Of a stretch of 64,000 nucleotides of DNA, positions 55,433 through 64,000 are shown piece after piece. The stretch lies in contig OZ024740.1 in the NCBI GenBank assembly GCA_964016885.1, positions 232,128,001 to 232,192,000 on the forward strand, read 5' to 3'. Under the pieces are notes generated by a model. The model made no database searches and was not told the origin of the DNA. It saw only the letters and a list, made by a program, of their open reading frames with translations. The stretch comes from Eledone cirrhosa (lineage: Eukaryota). Each line of letters begins with the position of its first letter. The first letter of the stretch is position 1. The position numbers were made by a program, and so were the translations under genes.

Positions 55433-56800
55433 ATATTCTTAAGCACTATGGTTGAACTATTAACTGAAATTCTCTCCTCTGCAGTGACGCAGAAAAATAA
55501 GCTATTGAAAGAATAAATGACAGAAAATGAAAGAAAACATGAAAGAGATTAATGAGAGAAAAGAAAGGAAAAACAGCAGAAAAGATGGACAAATATAGTA
55601 AAAAATTAATTTGAAAGACTTTAACAACAAATGTTCCTTCACAGCCATTTACGTATATGTGTGTGTCAATATGTATGTGAGTGTGCGAGTGTCTATACGG
55701 TGGTTTTTCATCATTGTCACTCAAGAGTTGCGACCTTTTCAGTAACACTCCAGGGTAGTGGATTATCAGAAATGTTACAGTCAGGAGGAGATGCATTTTA
55801 GTATATGTTTTCAATTTTAAAAGCTTTGAAGGCCTGTGATATAACTGGTGCCGAGCTGTATGAAACCTTGCCTCTCCTTAAGACAAAATAGATTTCACGG
55901 TAAGGCTGGTGTTTTATCCGATAATGTAGATCAAAGCAATCTATTTCCTACCCTGCAGACGTCCTTAAACTTCTGCTCACCAAAACTGCTGAGCTGCTGA
56001 ATGGCGGTATGAACTTTGTTTGGAATCTTGGGCTACATCTGCATATATTTGTTCTTTAAAACTGACAAACTTTCTTGTAATATCTAAGAGGAAAATGAAA
56101 TCCCTCTTACGTGTTGATGTGAAAATCTAAAGAAATGTGGCTTGGTATATCTTTTTCTGGGTTAATAGGTTTTCTTTTAAATTCATATGTCGTGTCATTT
56201 TGTTATTAAATTTCTTTGCTTTTACATCGAGCCCTTTCTTCCTTAATGTACCTTTCGTCAAACCTTGCCTCCTTTTCATCACGATGCAGACGCTTTAATA
56301 TCTGCCTTTCTGTTCGATTGCAAATATAATTTGTTTTCTCTTTTCATTCCTGATAACAGAAACAATTTTAATTAGTTCGTAGAGAGGCTTACTCAGAGGA
56401 AAGCTGTTGAGTAAATAATGGCACACCTGATTTTGCTAGGTTAAGTGTTCTTCAGTATGTTGATCAACTTAAATAAAATGTTTTTTAATTGTTTAAAACG
56501 ACCGACTCAGATAGTAGACATAGTTACGTGCTACATTTAATAACTAGTATCTCATTTATGTAAGTTTTATTCAGTTATTGAATTCACTTTCCGTCATTAT
56601 AAAACAAAAGACAAATTGTTAGCATTATTGTAAAAGTATTCACAAGTTCGGGTGGCTGCCAGTAGGTCTAATTGGGATCTTGACATATTGTTCAGATACT
56701 TAATTGCATATCATATCACATATATAATGTATCTTCTTCGTGTGTAACATTCCATCATATATTTTATAGATTAGTTTACATTATTATGATATACATATAC

Positions 56801-57250
56801 ATAAAATAAAGTACCAGTAATGTACTGAGTATTTTCTGGCCTTGTGCCAATAGTAGAAACAATTATTATCATATACATATATGTTTTATGTGCATTGTTG
56901 AATCCAATTTCTATATAATTGTTTCTACTTTTGGCACAAGGCCAGCAATTATCCCAGAGTATTACTGGTACTTTATTTTATCGACCCCATAAGGGTGAAA
57001 GGCAAATTTAACCTCGGCTGGATTTGAACTCAGATCATAAAGGGCCGTAACTCTTTGCTGCAAAGCATTGCGTCCGACTCTCTACCGATACTGCCAATCC
57101 ACTTTTCTATATAATTGTTTCTACTTTTGGCACGAGGCCAGCAATTACCCAGTGCATTACTGGTACTTTATTTTATCGACCCCGTAAGGATGAAAGGCAA
57201 AGTTAACCTCGGCGGGATTTCAACTCAGATCGTAAAGGGACGTAACTATG
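56801..57250 (-). mobile_element. SINE cluster: plus 3' stub (56801-56865), full minus copy (56917-57102), truncated minus copy (57113-57250)
   Basis: Family match; tttctatataattg duplicated around the middle copy. Confidence 0.9.
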
Positions 57251-57479
57251 ATATTATTGGTTTTGTTTTAATATTCATATATTCATAATATTCATATATC
57301 CTTAGAATATTCGATTTTTCTATGTTTGAATAGGATTCCAGCATCCAATTACTAACTATTCAACTGTCTGAATGACAGCTATTTTCAGTGAATACTAGCG
57401 AATAAATAACAACAACAAGTAAGTAGGTCAAGCAATGTAGACATATTTCTCTTCTTCCGAATCACTACGGAATATTTGC

Positions 57480-57660
57480 TGCAGATTTGAAAACAATGTC
57501 CAGTGATATGATCAATATTCATTGCATCAAAATTCATTTTGTGTAAAACTCCCAATAAGTTCTCCACAAGTCTAAAGTTTGGAAGATTTCAATTTTACAT
57601 GTATACCAATCTCATGTCGTCTGCAAAAATTTGAACATCCAACATATCAATCCAAAAAAT
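57480..57660 (-). mobile_element. Degenerate CR1/L2-type LINE RT fragment
   Basis: MLDVQIFADDMRLVY (RT motif C) followed by ..KMNF.. Confidence 0.5.
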
Positions 57661-58293
57661 AGGAAATATTTATGTCATATTCATTTGTTTGACTCGTGCG
57701 TTTTGGCATAGAGTCCAGTCTAGAGACTATTGAAACCTCAATATCCAAAGTTTTTATGACGATTCGTTAGTTACATTCAATTCGAAGACTTGTCAGTAAT
57801 GTATTCTGCTAAATTTACCTAAGAACTAGGAAGTGTTTGACAGAGGAAAGGATGAAGTCTATAGGCAAGTAGATTCAAAATTTATGCAGATGGAATTCCA
57901 GACAATTTCCGTTTATCGAATTTACTTTACAAGGTAGTAGTTGACCAGCGGTTATAGTAGATCCATTTGGCTGAGGTACGGCGTAGTGGGATCAAAAATG
58001 GGACATGACTCCGTCAATTATTTTCAATGAATATAAAGTATTGTTTTGTAATTGCACTTTTTTTCAGAAATAATTACATCGTGGGAGAAATACATTAACC
58101 AACTATAACTACATGTATACAATTGTATACTCGTTTGTTACATTCCGCATATATATATATATATATAGAGTCAAATATTGGTTTCATATATAGGCAAAAA
58201 TTATGTAGTACAAAATTTAGTGATATACTGACAGCATAAGTAAAGGAATAATATAATAGTGTAAAGGACTAAAATACTGCTCGTATATTTAAA

Positions 58294-58472
58294 TAATTGT
58301 TTCTACCTTTGGCACGAGGCTAGCAATTACCCACTGCATTACTGGTACTTTATTTTATTGACCCCGTAAGGATGAATGGCAAAGTTAACCTCGGCGGGAT
58401 TTGAACTCAGAACGTAAAGCGCATAACTCTACGCATGGTGTCTGACGCTCTACCGATACTACCAATTCACCG
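58294..58472 (-). mobile_element. tRNA-derived SINE
   Basis: Family match with small deletions. Confidence 0.88.
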
Positions 58473-58969
58473 TCTTTGCCAATTCACTGCCCTTATTTCT
58501 TATGTTCGAATTCATTAATGTTTTCGTTAATATTGTGTGAAGTATTGCATAAAACCCAGTTATTGAGTGCTTGTTCTGCACTGCCAAAGAATAGTGACAT
58601 GGATTCGTTTCAGCAAATTACTCTATGTTAGCTTAAATATATTTAACATTTTGGGATGGTAAAGATACTATAACGTTTTATTTAATTTGGAAAATTGTAA
58701 CTATCACAAAAGGGCTAACAGGATTTGAACATAAATACTGTAGCTTCTGATATTCATACCGACAATCGTTAGTTCCGGAGGTACTTACAATCAAGGAACA
58801 GACACCAGATTTCGTAGATATGTACATAGTTTGGTAATTGTGCGTTCGTATCTCCCTCCCCGCCTCTCTCTTTCTCTCCCTCTATATATATATATGTATG
58901 TATGTATACACACACCCACACATACACATATATATATATAGAGAGAGATAGAGAGAAAGAGATAGAGAG

Positions 58970-59000
<31 letters not shown>

Positions 59001-59406
59001 TAGAGAGAGAGAGATAGATAGAGAGAGAGATAAATATAGATATAAGTATAGGTATATGTGGGGATGTATGTATATTTGTATATGCATGTAAAGTATGCAT
59101 GTGTATTTTGTGTGATATGCTACATTCAATAAGAAAGAGGGAAATACAAAAAAAAACAACTGAGGGCAAAATAAATAACAATATAGTAATAATGTAAACC
59201 ACTTCAGTGTTAGTTCCACTTATCTTCTCTAGTACTACAAAGACCGCCCCCCCCCCATCCTACTCGCCATTACAAAAATATACACATATTACCAAAACAA
59301 TTTCTGTACACACACATAAACACTCATATATACACACACATATATATATATATGTGTATTTATATATATATATATATATACATATAGATTTATATATATG
59401 TATACA

Positions 59407-59445
<39 letters not shown>

Positions 59446-59472
59446 GTATATATATATATATATATAGATTTA

Positions 59473-59514
<42 letters not shown>

Positions 59515-59538
59515 TTTATATATATATATATAGATTTA

Positions 59539-59696
<158 letters not shown>

Positions 59697-59701
59697 TATA
59701 C

Positions 59702-59752
<51 letters not shown>

Positions 59753-60115
59753 TATATATATATATATATATATAGATATATATATAGATATATATACACA
59801 CAGCGTGTCCCCCTCGAATAATAATGTGTATACATATTTTGGGACATCATGTATATATATATATATAAATCTCTCTCTCTCTCTATATATATATATTTAC
59901 ATGTGTATGTTTGTATAAATGTGTGTGTCTGTATAGATTAGCCGAACTAAATATTAATATGGGACAAATTAGGTGACACGCAATCAAGTGTCTTTAACTG
60001 GCAAGGCACTGAAGGAATCTACACTTGGGACGCCCATTTTCATTTCTTACTACAAGTACATTATTCTTTCTCGATGAAAATGAATGAATATTTTATATGC
60101 GTATTTTCTTATTAT

Positions 60116-60422
60116 GCGGTGGATTGGCAGTATCGGTAGAGGGTCGGACGCCATGCTTTCCAGCATAGTTACGTCCCTTTACGATCTGAGTTCAAATCCC
60201 GCCGAGGTTGACTTTGTCTTTCATCCTTACGGGGTCGATAAAAATAAAGTACCAGTAATGCACTGGATAATTGCTGGCCTTGTGCCTAAAGTAGAAACAG
60301 TTATTATCCCGACATCACTGTTTTACAGTAGGAATATATATCTTTCAATCATATATTATATTATATTAGTACCAGTAATGTACTGGTAAATTGCTGGCCT
60401 TGTGCCAAAAGTAGAAACAATT
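60116..60422 (+). mobile_element. tRNA-derived SINE (60116-60303) plus 3' stub (60369-60422)
   Basis: Family match. Confidence 0.92.
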
Positions 60423-61394
60423 ATGTATGTACGTACGTAAATATTCACGTATCTACGCATATGCAAATATGTTTACATATTTATATATACATATATATAT
60501 GTGTGTGTGGGTGTACGTGAGTGTGTGTGTATGTAAGTGTACGTAAATAGGTAAATAATTTTTCGTCTACTTTTACTCGTATCATTTATTGTTTCCTCAC
60601 GTTCAGGAAATAAACTTTCGAAACATTAATTAGCGAAGGACGATACATTGCCAATATGATACACGCATACACTATATATATATATATACATATATATATT
60701 GAGAGAGAGAGAGAGAGAGAGTTCTAATGATGTGAGACAAAAATTAAGTTCGATAAGATTAGAAATCGTTAGCATTATTGAAAATTTCTCTCAAAACGGA
60801 TAAGTATAAACATTATAGTCAATCAACACTCGCTAAAACATTAAAACGACATATAGAATAAGTGTTTTGTATGGAGAAAATTCACAGATTAGATAAATTT
60901 GTAAAACAATTGTATGACATGGGAGAATTTACAAAGTATGAAAAGCATGTAAGTGAAAACTAGCATACTTAAGACGGTGAACAGAAAATAAGTTTTGAAG
61001 AATAGAAATCAATGACAATAAAAGCCATTAAACAAGACCATTAATGAAAATCTATCATGTCTAGAATTATCTCTATCGCTCGCACTCACACATTCACACA
61101 CACTCATACACACACACACACATACACACACATTTATATATAATTATATATATATATCTCTATTTATATATATGTATTAAATGTTTGAAAGATTGAACAC
61201 TCTTAGATTATTATTTACATTGTATACATAAATATCTATATCTATATCTATGTCCTATACATATAATATATTATCTATATCTATATCTATCATTCTGTTG
61301 AGAAACGTGGACCAACCAACAAAGTCTATGCTTTACAGTCAGACAGAAGGTGAACCATCTCCTAGAGGTCACTATCCTTGGTCACTATTCCCAG

Positions 61395-61627
61395 AGGTCA
61401 CTATTCCCAAAATTCCTCATATCCCTTTCTCTACCGAGCTGCCATTCAAATTCCAAAGACTTCATTTCCCTGTTAAAGCCAGTTTTGCTATGACCATAAA
61501 TAAAGCTCAGGCTCAAAGTTGTAGAATTGAATACAAGAGAATCGCTATTTACCCATGGATAGTTATATTTAGGTTGTTCACGAGTGGGAACACCTGGAAA
61601 TCTTTATATACTATGCACGAACCGTAA
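61395..61627 (+). pseudogene. Helitron Pif1-like helicase C-terminal fragment
   Basis: IPKIPHIP..LPFKFQRLHFPVKASFAMTINKAQAQS / [12 protein letters not shown]: helicase motifs V and VI; frameshift and stop. Confidence 0.88.
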
Positions 61628-61777
61628 AAGGAAAAATCTGGCGTGTCACACACATACACACACGCGCGCGTGCAGCACACACAACACACACACCACGGTC
61701 GCGCCTCATACTGAAAACCAGATAACGCATATAATATAGTTCTCTTTTCTGCCCTACATTTCTTATATATACATACA

Positions 61778-61871
<94 letters not shown>

Positions 61872-61892
61872 ACATATATATATATATACATA

Positions 61893-61977
<85 letters not shown>

Positions 61978-61995
61978 TATATAGATATATTAAAC

Positions 61996-62033
<38 letters not shown>

Positions 62034-62039
62034 CGTACG

Positions 62040-62782
62040 TTATTACTCTAATGCCCGGCCTTATTGAGTGCTTTGCTGCTCATTCCTAATTGTAGGTCGT
62101 TTTGATTGACCATAACCAAAGCTTCGATTTAACTAAGCTTCCACTTGTATTATTATCTTTATTATCTTTCTAGACCTAATAATTAATTAATTAATTTAAT
62201 TAGACAATTCTATTGATTGGTTAATTATTTATGTTTGTTTAATAACGTCTAGTCGAGAGCTTTTCATTCGGAAAGTGGAACGGAATTATTTCCTTTTGTT
62301 CACATTTTGGATTTGCACGCCAAAAACCGGGGGTTACTTCCCTTGTTGGAAATAACACGTGACAACGAAACACTGAATGCTGCCTATTGTAGCAGTCGTC
62401 TGGCGTTGCAGTCCACACCGACTTGAGGCATAGAACGAAATAGCTGTTGATGACGTGATTCCTTTGTTCGATCATAAAATGCCACAAGCTTGCATATTAC
62501 GTAAGTTGGATTGAGGATATCGGATTAATAGAAACACATCGGACGTATTCCAGAATATCGTTCGAATATCGGTCGAGGTCTGTTGTCTAACGTGATTAGT
62601 TTTTTCGTTTTGGTATTGTATGGCTGGGTTTACCTACCGCAATTTTCAATTTGTCAAGCTGTGTAAACATATATTATTACTCTAAGGCCCGACCTTATTG
62701 AGTGCTTTGCTGTCATTCCTAATTGTAGGTTGTTTTGCTTGCCCACAGCCAAAGATTTGATTTTACTAAGCTTGCAGTTGTA
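62040..62782 (+). mobile_element. TA-flanked element with ~110-bp terminal direct repeats 634 nt apart
   Basis: tattactctaa.gccc..ccttattgagtgctttgctg..ctaagctt at 62041-62150 and 62675-62782. Confidence 0.7.
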
Positions 62783-62794
62783 TATATATATATA

Positions 62795-63157
62795 TTATTG
62801 AATATAAAAGAAAAACGAACACAGATATATACATATATGTGTTCACATCGTAAGGGACCAGATTCGCGTTATTATATATACGCACACTATTCAGTTTTTT
62901 AATATACTTAGAAGTGTCCAGGATAATAATTCTTCACCCACTGATGAGCAATAATTGGTATTCCTCTTCACAATTAATTTTGCGAAACAGCAGTACCAAA
63001 GGTGCCTGGGTGATTGGTAGTTACCACAATTCCGGTTTGTATTTATTTTCTTGATTTATTCTTAAATTGAGTCTGGCAAACCCTATTGTCTATATTTAGT
63101 ATTCTTTTCACCTTAGCGAATCTGGTCCCTTACGATTTGAACACATATATGTATATA
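62795..63157. mobile_element. Family H copy: inverted tail stub plus HHR unit (HHR 62934-63013, +)
   Basis: Homologous to 22463-22750; CTGATGA and GAAA intact, cleavage triplet mutated to GCC. Confidence 0.8.
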
Positions 63158-63159
63158 GG

Positions 63160-63480
63160 AGTTTTCTGAATGTCCTCTCCCACCGTACCATAAATAGATT
63201 GGCAAGCTATGCTGACGCCAATGGCTGCTCCTTCATTCTGGGTGTAGATCTTTTCATTATACTTAAACATATGGCCCTTTATGGTAGTTTTAATACTAGA
63301 CCCTGTTGCATATGCGACCATTTTTCTCACCTGATCATTATTTTGGGGTGTCCGTTTGGCTTTGGTCCTTCCATTCCATCTTCGCATGGGAGTCCTTTTA
63401 GCCATTGAAGTTATAGGGGGTGGGTCTACCTCTTATAGGTCTACTGGGCAGGAAACAGCCAAGGTCATGATGATTAGCTA
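63160..63480 (-). pseudogene. PLE-type RT fragment (motif B region)
   Basis: HMFKYNEKIYTQNEGAAIG corresponds to FxFNGxxYxQxxGxAMG. Confidence 0.65.
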
Positions 63481-63502
63481 GGTACTCGGTGTCATAAGTA
63501 AG

Positions 63503-63564
<62 letters not shown>

Positions 63565-63594
63565 GGGGTGTGTGTGGGTGTGTCTGTGTGTGTG

Positions 63595-63940
63595 TTTCCG
63601 AATAACGTTCTCCAAATTTGGCACAAACATGCGTTATGCACCTGACCTTCGTACGAACTTATTACATCTTCAAATTACATCTGCGCCCTCTATAAGAGAA
63701 AAACCGACTTTAAAAAAATCATTTTTGTTAATAACTTGTACAGTTTAGATCCGATTACCTTCAAATTTGGAACAAACGTGCATTATCTTTCCGACTTTAT
63801 TTTGGACTCGTAACATTTTGTTTAGTGCATACCCTGGACTAGAAAAAAGATTCCTTCAAATTTGGAACAACTATGCCTCATATACCAAACTTTATTTTGG
63901 ACTAACCGATTTTTCGAGATTTTATCTAGTTTGGGCCCTG
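63595..63940 (+). mobile_element. Possible non-autonomous Helitron-type repeat
   Basis: Three recurrences of caaatttgg(c/a)acaa.. at ~63613, 63762, 63857 after a microsatellite. Confidence 0.35.
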
Positions 63941-64000
63941 TGTGAGAAAAACTAAATTTAAAAAAAAGTATCGACGTCAACAACTACAATTTGCGGCCAA

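Overview
Very AT-rich, repeat-saturated animal DNA. The tRNA-derived SINE families look like those I recall from octopod cephalopods; this taxon call is an inference. I can support no host protein-coding gene, and most ORFs in the track are (TA)n/(CA)n/(CT)n artefacts. Contents: (i) about 20 copies of a ~185-bp tRNA-derived SINE, many with 12-18 bp TSDs; (ii) decayed fragments of Tx1/L1-, RTE-, CR1- and possibly R4/Dong-type LINEs, a Helitron helicase, Tigger/hAT-type DNA elements and possibly Gypsy/CACTA remnants; (iii) several Penelope-like element (PLE) RT and GIY-YIG fragments; (iv) the main signal: roughly 30 type I hammerhead ribozyme (HHR) motifs, found by eye, from at least a dozen sequence-unrelated, mostly non-coding small elements that sit almost always inside or next to (TA)n tracts. 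Where these form inverted repeats the arms are joined head-to-head, with both 3' ends facing the (TA)n flanks. Three families occur as tandem or circularly permuted, longer-than-unit copies (426, ~501 and ~597 nt), as expected for retrozyme-like circular RNAs copied by a PLE RT. The HHRs show recurrent core variants (compensatory U3-A8, U.U at the base of stem II, expanded stem II) and share a downstream ACTC..GAGT hairpin. Activity, transcription and novelty are untested.
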